The notes: generated by a model from the sequence alone, not told the origin. Counted from the stretch's first letter, positions 22,358 to 32,413 are shown. The stretch is 33,205 bases of DNA from Malacoraja senta (GCA_038087875.1 JAXLNO010000171.1:1-33205), one strand, 5' to 3'. Translations and numbers: made by a program.

Positions 22358-22380
22358 AGGATTTTACCTGTTCATTCTAG

Positions 22381-22460
22381 AGCTCTGCGTCTACCTGCAG
22401 CCACACCAAGAACTTTATCCACAAAGAAGGAATTTCAATGCCTGGGGACGGGGGCCTCGT
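22381..22460 (+). CDS. Candidate 80-nt exon of an unidentified host gene
   Basis: ctgttcattctAG acceptor and GTTAGT donor. All three frames are open; the phase 2-to-1 reading ALRLPAATPRTLSTKKEFQCLGTGAS bridges the neighbouring candidates. Confidence 0.35.
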
Positions 22461-22847
22461 GTTAGTCTCAAGTTCATCCGGACTTCCTTTGCCTTGTCAT
22501 TGTGGACTGTGCTTCTAGCTATCCAGGCCTTCAGCTTAGAAATTCCCTAAAGCATTCACTCCACTTGCATACGTACATGCACTCAGCAGCTCAGGCACCA
22601 TCAATGGAGGGAGAACTAAAGTTAATGTTGGATCATGCACCTACCTACATTACATTTTCTAAAAATTCTCGTTAAAAATTCTCTCTTTGACCAGCCGTGC
22701 AGCCAAGATGGCGACTCTTTGTGTACAGATCCTAGAGGAGGATCTGTTATCATCTGATACAATTGCCCTATTCTTTTAAATTTATTTTTCACATGTATAT
22801 CTGTACTCCGGTATCATTCACATGTATATCTGCACTCTGGTTGATGC

Positions 22848-23723
22848 TAGGGGCGCCACATTGACGGCAGCCTCTCCCTACAGCCTGTTTGTCTTTTCAA
22901 TCTTTTTTATTTTTTAGTTAGTTTAAAGTCTGTTTTTTGGGGGGAAACTTTAACTTTTCTATGTGGGGGATGGGGGCAGGGTAAGGGGGAAACTGTTTCC
23001 CAGTCGCTTCCTGGCGGGGACGTGACTATTTCTCCAAGTCACGTCCTCGCCCCCCTCCTCGCAGCCTACCACCTGGATCGGAGCGGCCTTTCCTGCCGGG
23101 GACCGGGAACTGGACCAGAGCTACAACAGCAGCGGCGCAGCGCTGAATTCACCGTGGAGCGGGCGATGCCGACCTGGATCGCTGTTTGGAGCTCCGGAGC
23201 ATTGGGCCGCTGCTCCAACATCGTGGAGCTGCGGTTTGGGAGAGCTTCCAGCGTGGGCGGCGCTGAACAACATCGCGGAGTCCTGGGGCCCTTTACCGAG
23301 GGCCGCCAGCGTTGAATCTCCGCCCAGAGCGGCCTGCGGACTTTGGGAGCCGCGGACTCCGGTAGGAGGTGGCCGACTCTGATGTCCAGGCCGCTGAGGT
23401 CCCCCAGCCCCGACGTCGGACTTACATCACCCCGGCGAGCGGGCCTGAACATCGGATCGCCCGTAGCGGCGACTGCGGTGGGCTCGGGGAGGCCCCGACC
23501 ACGGGTGAACATTGGGGAACATTAGAGGAAGAGGACTGACTTTGGTGCCTTCCCTCACAGTGGCTAACTTTGACTCTGCTGTGTGGGGATGTTTTATGTT
23601 GAACTCTATCGTGTGTTGTGTTCTTTATTTTTATTGCATGGCTGTATGGTGAACACACATTTCACTGTGCCAACTGGCACATGTGACAAATAAATGTATC
23701 TGTATCTTGTATGTATCTTGTAT
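22848..23723 (+). mobile_element. GC-rich non-coding, non-autonomous retroposon with a Rex1-like tail
   Basis: CpG-rich body with no recognisable protein. It ends CACTGTGCCAACTGGCACATGTGACAAATAAA plus (TGTATC)n. Confidence 0.6.
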
Positions 23724-23726
23724 TCT

Positions 23727-23859
23727 CTCCGCTCTAGTTTTTGCACATACCTGGCCTGAACGTAATTCATTGATGGTATTATCTGATTTGATTGCATAGC
23801 ATGCAAGCGAAATCTTTTTGCTGTACCTCGGTACACGTGACAATAATAAACCTAAACCT
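23727..23859 (+). mobile_element. Rex1-type 3' tail fragment
   Basis: CTGTACCTCGGTACACGTGACAATAATAAACCTAAACC; compare 10185-10210. Confidence 0.65.
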
Positions 23860-23989
23860 TGTCCTATTGTCTCTGCACTACCATGAATTTGTCATTTTTC
23901 TAATTACGTTAATGCATTAATCTCCTTGGCCTGGTCTTCTTTCTTTGAGAAATTGTAATTTCGTATAATTTATCTATAATTTGTTTTCA

Positions 23990-24263
23990 TTTGTTTAGAG
24001 ATACAGTGTGGAAAGAGGCCCTTCGGCCCACTGAGTCTGTGCCGACCAGCGATCCCTGTACACTAGCACTATCCTACACACTAGGGACAATTTACCAAGG
24101 CCAATAACCAAGCGTACAAACCTATACGTCTTTAGACTGTGGGAAGAAACTGGAGCTCTCACGGGGGAGAAGGTACAAACATTCCGTACAGATAGCACCT
24201 GTAGACAGGATTGAACCCGGGTCTCTGGCGCTGTAAGGCAGCAACTCTACCGCTGCACCACCA
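23990..24263 (-). mobile_element. HE1-type SINE
   Basis: Head, box B, V-domain and tail on the minus strand. Confidence 0.9.
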
Positions 24264-24542
24264 TTGTGTTTGTGTGAATCAAATATGCATGTAATGCTGC
24301 TGCAGGCAAGGTTTTTCATTGTACCTAGATTTCACTATACCTGTGCATTTGATAAAATACTCAACTTGATTTGTCGCAGTCTAGTTGTTCTGTGAATGGT
24401 CTCGAGTCGTCTTACCGCATTAATGCTGCTCTGGAACTGCACAAGTTCCAGAAAACCAACTAACTTTCAGTCAGAGTGTCAGCCCTCCTACTTCCAGTTG
24501 ATCTGAGGTCTGACTCCACGCCTAGATCATCACATTGCACCC

Positions 24543-24848
24543 ATGGCACGGTGGGGCAGTGGTAGAGTTGCTGCCTTACGGCACCAGAGACCCGGGTTCG
24601 ATCCTGATTACTTTGTACGTTCTCCCTGTGCCACGCGTGGGTTTTCTTCGGAATCTCCGGTTTCCTCCCGTACTCCAAAGACGTGCATGTTTGTAGGTTA
24701 GTTGGCTTGGTGTAAATGTAAATTGTCCCTAGTGTGTGCAGGATGGCATTAGTGTGCGGGGGAATCGCTGGTCGGCGTGGACTCGGTGGGCCGAAGGGCC
24801 TGTTTCCGCACTGTATCTCTAAACTAAAGTAAAAACTAAAACTAAAAC
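24543..24848 (+). mobile_element. HE1-type SINE
   Basis: Box A TGGGGCAGTGG, box B GGTTCGATCC, V-domain and (ACTAAA)n tail. Confidence 0.9.
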
Positions 24849-25720
24849 ATTACAATTGATTTTGAACCAAACTAAATGGACATTGCATGTGCAAGCTGCT
24901 GCTGTGCTTAATTAAATGTCAGGTGGAACATTAGCTGAAGAGTTACGAACGGCTAGATATTTCATCAGGACAAGGCTGGTGAAGGGGAACAGACATTTTC
25001 CCACTTGTCAGATGTCGATTGCATTTCCACAAGATTGGTTTCACACACTTGAAAGGTCGCAATACAGAAGTTTGCAGCTGAAACCGTCTCAACATTGAAG
25101 CTGGGAGTCAACCGAGATGTGAGATGAGAGGAAAATTAAATAAAAATATTCCCTTAAAATATGACTAAAATTAGCAGTACATGCCCTCCCACACAGATTA
25201 CAAGAGTTGTGCTTCAAGAGATCATAATTAACCAGCCATTAAAAGATAATTTAAACACAATGAAGGATGTATGATATCACATTAGTGGCCGCTTCTACTG
25301 TCTATATGCAAATATTAGATTTATGTCAGTGGTGGGAATATTCTATTTCCAAGTGATATACTGGCTTTAATAATTCAACAGTTGGACTAAAGGATCTTTA
25401 TAAAAGAACAGACTGGTTAGCATAAAGAATGTGGCATGGATAAGGTGGAGACAGCTAATATCAAGCTGGGAGAGTGAGGGAAATTAGGGAACATAAACAA
25501 TGGAATCCGGAGGGCAAAATGGGGGCATGAGAAAGCTCTGATGGATATGATTAAGGAGAACCAGAAGAGATGTTATATGTTTATTAAGGGAAATGGGAAA
25601 TTAGAGAGAGAATACAGCCCCTCAGGGGTCATACTGCATATGTGTGGAGCCGCAGGAGAAGGGCAAGGCCCTTGAGTAATAATTCCCCTCTCTTTTTACT
25701 GTGGAGAAAGATACTATATA

Positions 25721-26848
25721 CATTGGTTACATCCCAGGGGATCCAAGGAGAGATAGCTAAATTGTTCATCAGTCGATGAAAGTAAGCATGCAGGTACAGC
25801 AGGCAGTGAAGAAAGCGAATGGCATGTTGGCCTTCATAACAAGAGGAGTTGAGTATAGGAGCAAAGAGGTCCTTCTGCAGTTGTACAGGGCCCTAGTTGT
25901 ACAACACCTGGAGTATTGTGTGCCGTTTTGGTCTCCAAATTTGAGGAAGGACATTCTTGCTATTGAGGGAGTGCAGCGTAGGTTCACAAAGTTCATTCCC
26001 GGGATGGCTGGACAGTCATATGCTGAGAGAATGGAGCGGCTGAGCTTGTATACTCTGGAATTTAGAAGGATGAAAAGGGATCTTATTGAAACATATAAGA
26101 TTATTAAGGGTTTGGACACGCTAGAGGCAGGAAACATGTTCCCAATGTTGGGGGAGTTCAGAACCAGGGGCCACAGTTTAAGAATAAGGGGATAGCAATT
26201 TAGAACGGAGAAGAGGAAACACTTTTTCACACAGAGAGTTGTGAGTGTGGAATTATCTGCCTCAGAGGGCGGTGGAGGCCGGTTCTCTGGATACTTTAAC
26301 AGAGAGCTAGATAGGGCTCTTGATGATAGGAAGCAGAGGGTGAGGGTAGAAGGTTGCTTTCAGACTGGACGCCTGTGACTAGTAATGTGCCTCAGGTTTC
26401 AGTGCTGGGCCCATTGCTGTTTGTCATCTATATCAATGATGTGGATAAAACACACATGGTATGATCAGCAAGTTTGCAGATGACAAAACGGTGGGTGGTA
26501 TTGTAGATACAGAAGATGATTGTCAAAAATTGCAGCAGGATCTTGATCAAGATCAAGATCAAAAGGACATAGTTTTAAGGTGAGGGGGGAAAGATTTAAT
26601 AGGAACCTCAGGGGCAACCTTTCCACATAAAGGGTGGCGGGTGTATGGAACGAGCTGCCAGAGGAGGTAGTTGAGGCAGGTACTATTGCAAAGTTCAAGA
26701 AGCATTTAGATAGGTACATGGATCGGACAGGTTTAGAGGGATATGGTGAAATGCAGGCAGGTGTGACTAGTGTAGAAGGGACACGTTGTTCAGTATGGGC
26801 AAGTTCGGCTGAAGGGTTTGTCCCCACACTATATGACTATCACTCTAT
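25721..26848 (+). mobile_element. HER1-type CR1 fragment with an internal deletion, hosting a younger CR1 piece
   Basis: RT segment (VPQ..VLGPLLFVIYIND, KFADD) at 26325-26550 jumps at GATCAAGATCAAGATC to the 3' end, 26560-26848. Confidence 0.72.
25765..26322 (+). mobile_element. Young CR1 ORF2 C-terminal fragment lacking the 3' UTR
   Basis: ORF 25776-26195 is nearly identical to 8647-9187(-). Confidence 0.9.
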
Positions 26849-27867
26849 AAAGAGAGAATTTGGAAAGGTTATTGGAGATGTCTTGTGGACAGTCCGCATT
26901 ACAGTCAAGCAAGTGCTGGACGTCCTGTGATGCATGAAGATAGATCAATCTTGCAGGTCTGATCAGATATATCCAAGGACACTGTTGGAAGCGAGAGAAG
27001 AATTTGCAGGAGTCCTGACTGAGATACATGACTCATTGTCAGACATGGGTAAGGTGCCGGAAGACTGGAGGGAAGCTAATGTTATGCTTCTATTTAAGAA
27101 GGGCTGAAATAAAACATAAGAACTATAGACCAAAAGCCTAACATTTTTTTGGATGGAAAGTTACAGGAGAGGCTTCTGAGGGATAAAAGTATTTGGAAAG
27201 ATAATGGTTGATTAGGGATAGCCAGCATGGTTTTGTATGTGGGAGATTAAATCTCACGAATTTGATTATGTTTTTTGAAGAAGTAACCAAGAAGGTTGAT
27301 GAGGGCAGGGCCATAGACATAGTCTTTATGGACTATGGCATCTGATAAAGTTTCACATGGTAGGCTCCTCTATAAAGTTAGATCACATGGGATCTAGGGA
27401 AAGTTAACTAACGATACAGAAGTGGCTTGAAGTAGGAAGCAAAGAATGGTTGTGGGGGCTGCTTTTTGGTTTGAAGGCATATGACTAGAGATGTGCTAAG
27501 GCATTGGTGCTGGGCCCATGGCTGTTTGGCATCAATAGCAATGATTTGGATGAGAATGTACAAGGCTTGATGAATGAGTTTGCAAATGACACTGGAATAA
27601 GTGGTATCATAGACTGTGAAGATGGTTATCAAGAATCGCAGCAGGATCTTGATCAGCTGGGCAAGTGGACCGAAGAATGGCTAACTGAGTCAAATGAGGG
27701 CAGGACCTTCGCAAAGAATGGTAGGGCTCTAGGAAGTATTATAGAGCAAGGTGATCTAAGAGTACAAATTCATGGTTCGCGTTAAGTGGCATAACTTGTA
27801 AATAGAGAGGTGTAGAAAGCTTTTGGCATACGGGCCTTCATCAGTCAGGGAATTGCATATAGATATA

Positions 27868-27943
27868 GAACTAGTGTGTGGGTGATCGCTGGTCAGCATG
27901 GACTCGATGGGCCTGTTTCCATGCTGTATCTCTAAACTAAACT
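27868..27943 (+). mobile_element. HE1-type SINE 3' fragment
   Basis: GATCGCTGGTCAGCATGGACTCGATGGGCCTGTTTCCATGCTGTATCTCTAAACTAAAC. Confidence 0.75.
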
Positions 27944-28084
27944 ACCGGTAGATAGGACAACTGGCAGTTCTGCTGCATCGGGTCCATGTCATGTTGGTGC
28001 TTCCTTTGCAAAACAAGGTTAACCTTGAAGCTTTTAGGACTCATGTGAACCAAAAATGTTTGGCTTGATCCCTTCCCTCAATAG

Positions 28085-28161
28085 ACTGGCAAGATTCTCC
28101 CATAAAACTTCTGGATTATTACCTATGGAATCAACACATTGAATCTAATGATCCCAACCTT
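28085..28161 (+). CDS. Candidate 77-nt exon of an unidentified host gene
   Basis: cccttccctcaatAG acceptor and GTAAGT donor. Only one frame is open (phase 1 to 0): WQDSPIKLLDYYLWNQHIESNDPNL. Confidence 0.55.
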
Positions 28162-28554
28162 GTAAGTATGAATGAGGTCTGGGAACGGGTTGGGTGCATG
28201 TAAGTCAGCTGATAAGCTTCCACTCTTATCCTGTCACTGAGGAGACGGTAAACCAATGCTTACTGTTTACATCCACCCAACAATCAACATAATCCAAGAG
28301 GCATGCCTCAGTCCTTCCACTAAGCTATCTTGCTGAAATCATGCTGGATTGCTACCTCAATGCTGCCTTGTTAGCAAGCCTGTTTGCCCTTACTTAGTTA
28401 AAATTAGTGCTTCTGACTCTGGTTGTGCTCCAGGAGTTTCATCAAGTCATTCCTCAACTCTAATTGACCCCCTCCACAATCTTACCATGGGTCATCGCAC
28501 TTGTCCAACCGTACAGATTGTGTGTTCAAAGGTAAAGAATAGGAGCCTTGTGAT

Positions 28555-28886
28555 AGACACAACGTGCTGGAGTAACTTAGCGGGTCAGGCACTATCTCTG
28601 GAGAAAAAGGATGGGTGATGTTTCAGGTCGGGACCTTACTTCAATCTGAAGAAGAGTCCCGACCCGGAACGTCACCCATCCTTTTTCTCCAGAAATGCTG
28701 CCTGACCTGCTGAGTTACTGAGGTCTGAAGAAGAATCTCAAACCCGAAACATCACCCATTCCTTCTCTCCAGAGATGCTGCCTGTCCCGCTGAGTTACTC
28801 CAGCATTTTATGTCTATCTTGGGGTTTCTCCAGCACATTTTGTCTATCTTTGGTGTCAACCAGCATCTGCAGTTCTTTGTTTCTCC
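28555..28886. mobile_element. PLE pLTR-derived composite insertion: one inverted and two tandem units, three hammerhead remnants
   Basis: TSD AGGA(GC/AA)CTTGTGAT (28541-28554, 28887-28900; 12/14). Motifs lie at about 28617-28645(-), 28646-28673(+) and 28725-28753(+). Confidence 0.82.
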
Positions 28887-28939
28887 AGGAAACTTGTGAT
28901 TTTGTTTTAATGCCGCAATTATAATTTTTTTTCTCCCAG

Positions 28940-29013
28940 ATTGCTTACAGAAACATCCTGGAAATCCTGAATGGAACAAAAAAACAATTGCAGACCATAT
29001 TTAGTTCAACCTC
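28940..29013 (+). CDS. Candidate 74-nt exon of an unidentified host gene
   Basis: Strong acceptor ttttttttctcccAG and GTTAGT donor. Only one frame is open (phase 0 to 2): IAYRNILEILNGTKKQLQTIFSST. Confidence 0.55.
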
Positions 29014-29354
29014 GTTAGTCTCAACACTTTTTTTTATCAAAGTGTTCAATATGCATATGCATACCATGAATTAGCTGGTAAAGCAATATATTTGCATGCT
29101 AATGACTCCATGCAGTTTGACCTAATTTGTCCCTATTTGTGTTCCTCATCAACCACTGCATGTGATATGATTTCATTACCATGAATTGTCATATATTAAC
29201 ATGAGTACTAATAGGTTTGAATTATTCTGATTAATGGGAATGAGCTCTGATACATTGTGTCAGAAGTCACAATTGTATCATAAATAAAGCATTTGTCTTC
29301 ATGTTGTTTAAATGAAGGAAGAACATTTATTGTGTGAAATTTGCAAGATTTTTT

Positions 29355-30102
29355 TTGCAAAAATAAACTTCATTCAGAATAAAAAATATATGCAAAACAA
29401 AAACTGTGCAAAGACTCTTCACACATTCTTAATATCTGTACATGTAATAGTGTCATACTCAGTCGTGTTCGCAAATATCTTAAAACAAAATACCCTTGCC
29501 ATTCTTGTGGGCCCCAGGGATGATATCCCTTCCCTTGTTTGAGGGCTGTCCCTACCTGACTGCCCCCCAATGTCCAACAGCAGAAGGACCCTAGACTGTA
29601 GTACTCCCCCACAGAGCCTTGGAACGAATACTTTAACTTTATACTTTATTTTATGACTTTATTGTCACATGTGACAAGTCATGGTGAAATTATTTGCTTG
29701 CAAGCCCATGGTGTGCAAATAGTCACAGCAAAGAGAGCACTTACAAACTTACAAAGTATCCGTGCCAAGACCCCGTTTGTTCTCCCCTGCCCCACTCCCC
29801 TCCCCCTCCCTCACGGCAGTCCCCCCACGCCGGGTCCTCCATTGTTCCTTCCCTCGGCAGTGGCGTCCTCACTTCCACGTGTCCGTCCTCGTCCGTCGGT
29901 CGGCGCCCTCATCGACCGCCGCACCGACTTCTCCGCAGGGTCCTCTCCGGGCGCCTGCATGGAGCTGAACCAGGCACAGACCTAGGGGCCGGCTGCGGGC
30001 TCCAACCAGCGAGGCTCCGCCCTCAACGTCTCCGCACCGAGCTTCAGTGCGTCCCTCAGCACGTACTCCTGCAGTCTGGAGCGGGCCAGTCGGCAACATC
30101 CT
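29355..30102 (-). mobile_element. Tx1/L1-clade LINE 3' end, copy 1, split by a nested element
   Basis: The minus strand encodes CCRLARSRLQEYVLRDALKLGA at 30030-30100. The 3' UTR has AATAAA-like and A/T-rich terminal sequence at 29350-29375. Homologous to 30103-30815. Confidence 0.7.
29626..30024 (-). mobile_element. GC-rich non-autonomous retroposon (same family as 32412-33028)
   Basis: The reverse complement shares GCGGTCGATGAGG.CGCCGACCGACGGACGAGGACGGAC...GGAACAATGGAGGACC and TTGTCACATGTGACAATAA with the 32700-32966 copy. Confidence 0.75.
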
Positions 30103-30815
30103 TTAAAAAAAAATCAAAATAAACTTTATTCAGGGTAAAAAAATGTACAATACAGGAACTGTGCAAAAATTCTTCCGACATTCTCAAAGGCTCTGCATAC
30201 ATTCAATTCATCGTTTCATACTGTAGTGTTTTCACAATTTTTCCCCAAACCCTTGTCACTCATGTGGCCCCCTGAGCATGACCTCTAGGATCTCTAGTCC
30301 TTGACTCTCCCATTAGTGGAAAACCCAAGAAGATGAGGAATTCCTTTAGTCAGTGCGTGGTGAATCGGAGGAATTATTTGCCACAGAAGACAGTGGAGGC
30401 TGTCAATGGGCATTTTTAAGGCAGAGATAGATAGAATATTGATTAGTATGGGTGTCAGGGGTTATGGGGAGAAGGCAGGAGAATGGGGTTGGGGGGAGAG
30501 ATAGATCAGCCATGATTGAATGGTGGAGTACACTTGATGGGCCGAATGGCCTAATTCTGCTCCTATCACATATGACCTTATGACCTTATGACCCTGGGGT
30601 GAAATCCCTTCCCTTGTTTGAAAGGCGTCTCCACCACACCCTGCCCCCAATGTCCAGCAGTGGAAGGACCCTCAACTGTGGTCCTACCCCACAGAGCCTT
30701 GGCCTTGACTGCACCGAGATTCAGTGTGTCCCTCAGCAAATACTCCTGCAGTCTGGAGCAGGCCAGTCGGCAACATTCCCCGACGGACATCTCGCTCTGC
30801 TGTGCATCCTTCAAG
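30103..30815 (-). mobile_element. Tx1/L1-clade LINE 3' end, copy 2, split by CR1
   Basis: ORF 30578-30814(-) reads SVGECCRLACSRLQEYLLRDTLNLGAVKAKALWGRT. Confidence 0.72.
30283..30593 (+). mobile_element. CR1 3' end fragment with a (TTATGACC)n tail
   Basis: GAAGACAGTGGAGGC...GATCAGCCATGATTGAATGG...TATGACCTTATGACCTTATGACC. ATGACC is also present at the left junction. Confidence 0.82.
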
Positions 30816-31347
30816 TAACCGGAATATCATTTATTGTTTTCCAAGCAGCTCCGTCCTTTGTGGAGGCCAAGCACCTTTGAGTTTATGAGGATCCAGTCGA
30901 TAAAAGTGATTGAATTTAAATAAGATTCTGCACAATAGCTGACACATATTCATGATGTGATTGCTGTTAATTGGTTTTAATTAGCTAAACACAAACACAG
31001 AACTTTCCACTGCTTCTGTGTTCAATTACAATGAATTGTTTGGAGGTTTGAATATGGAGATCTCATATTCTAAAGTACTTGAGTTACAACTGGAAAGGTG
31101 ATGTATGGTTCATGTTCTGACTAAATTACAGCTTCCCAGCTGAACAAATGATCCAATAATGCATCCTTTGCTGGAGTATGCCATCTTAACAGGCGTTTTG
31201 TGTGTTTTAGAAGTGGTTTGGGTTATTTTCATATGTTTATTTGTTCACAGGGGTATGGTTTCATTGTCAAAGCCAACATTTATTGTCCATTACAAATGAG
31301 CTCACTGAAGAGAAGCGTGCCACGCTTCGTCAGGAGTCAACAACTTC

Positions 31348-31660
31348 AGTTTAGTTTAGTTTAGTTTAGAGATACAGCGTGGAAACAGGCCATTCGGCCC
31401 ACTGAGCCCACACTGACCAGTGATCCCCGAGCACTAGCACTATCCTACATACTAGGGACGACTTACAATTTTTACCAAAGCCAATTAACCAACAAACCAT
31501 TATGTGTTTGGAATGTGGAAGGAAACTGGAGCACCCGGAGAAAACCCACACCGTCACGGGGAGAACTTACAAACACCGTACAGACAAGCACCCATAGTCA
31601 GGATCGAACCCAGTTCTCTGGCGCTGTAAGGCAGCAACTCTACCGCTGTGCCACCGTGCC
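31348..31660 (-). mobile_element. HE1-type SINE
   Basis: (TTTAG)n tail and complete head CGGCACGGTGGCACAGCGGTAGAG with box B. Confidence 0.9.
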
Positions 31661-31744
31661 GACCCTAAAGCAAAGCAAAATGCGTTGAAACGTTGTACAG
31701 CAAAAATAAATCTGAGGGGGAAAAGGCAGAAACTAGTGGGAACA

Positions 31745-31808
31745 AGACACAAGGTGCTGGAGTGACTCAGTGGGTCAGGCAACATCCCTTGAGAACATGG
31801 ATAGGTTA
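31745..31808 (-). mobile_element. PLE pLTR fragment
   Basis: AGACACAAGGTGCTGGAGTGACTCAGTGGGTCAGGCAACATC matches the other pLTR units. Confidence 0.65.
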
Positions 31809-31835
31809 AGCAGGCTAGGACTCCATTCCGTGGCA

Positions 31836-32243
31836 CGCTTGAGGATGAGGAGTGATCTTATAAAGGTGTATAAGATCATGAGAGGAATAGATAGGGTGAA
31901 TGCACAGTCTGGTACCCAGAGTTGGGGAATTGAGAACTAGAGGACATAGGGTTAAGGTGAGAGGGCAAAGACTTGATAGTAACATGAGTGACAACCTTTT
32001 TACACAAACAGTAGTAGGTGCATGGAATGAGCTGCTGGAGGATGTAGTTGAGGCAGGCACTATCACAATGTTTAAGAAACATTTAGACAGGTACATGGAC
32101 AGGATAGGTTTAGAGGGATATAGACCAAGCAGAGGTAGGTGGGACTAGAGTAGATGGGGCATGTTGATCAGCGTGGGCAAGCTGGGCTGAAGGGCCTGTT
32201 TCCATGTGTATGATTCTTTGACTCTCTATGACTCTCCATGACT
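31836..32243 (+). mobile_element. HER1-type CR1 3' end
   Basis: ORF LVPRVGELRTRGHRVKVRG...WNELLEDVVEAGTITMFKKHLDRYM and a (CTATGACT)n tail. Confidence 0.88.
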
Positions 32244-32339
32244 CACAGAAAGAAAGAAATATTTTTTTTTGATGGCGATCCTATAAATGAATGTTTTTTA
32301 ATAAATGTGTTTGTCCTTGGATGCTTAAATTGAAAACAG

Positions 32340-32413
32340 TCCTGTTTTTGGAACCCAGCTCTTTGTAAACTGGCAGGATTGCAAGAGTGACGACCTTTCT
32401 AATGCACTAATGG
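32340..32413 (+). CDS. Candidate exon of an unidentified host gene (donor uncertain)
   Basis: aaacAG acceptor. The phase-2 reading PVFGTQLFVNWQDCKSDDLSNALM continues the chain. Only weak donors follow. Confidence 0.33.

Larger units (their letters stand above)
25430..27865 (+). mobile_element. Old degenerate CR1-clade LINE (about 25430-25712 and 26850-27865) split by nested CR1 copies
   Basis: Decayed ORF2 motifs occur in order: pre-RT region, then SQHGF, FFEEVTKKVDEGRAIDIV, VLGPWLF and EFANDT. Confidence 0.75.

Noticed and set aside
23022..23525. GC-rich ORFs of 60-148 aa (also 29653-30122 and 32410-33146)
   Set aside because: These are stop-poor GC-rich repeats, open in several frames on both strands, with no domain motifs.
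24543..24610. tRNA gene (box A/B), and equivalent heads in other copies
   Set aside because: This is a SINE head followed by the V-domain and LINE tail; there is no complete cloverleaf.
31251..31310. Strong-looking acceptor ttgttcacAG
   Set aside because: The downstream sequence resembles a decayed repeat tail (similar to 6780-6830 reversed), and no convincing donor follows.
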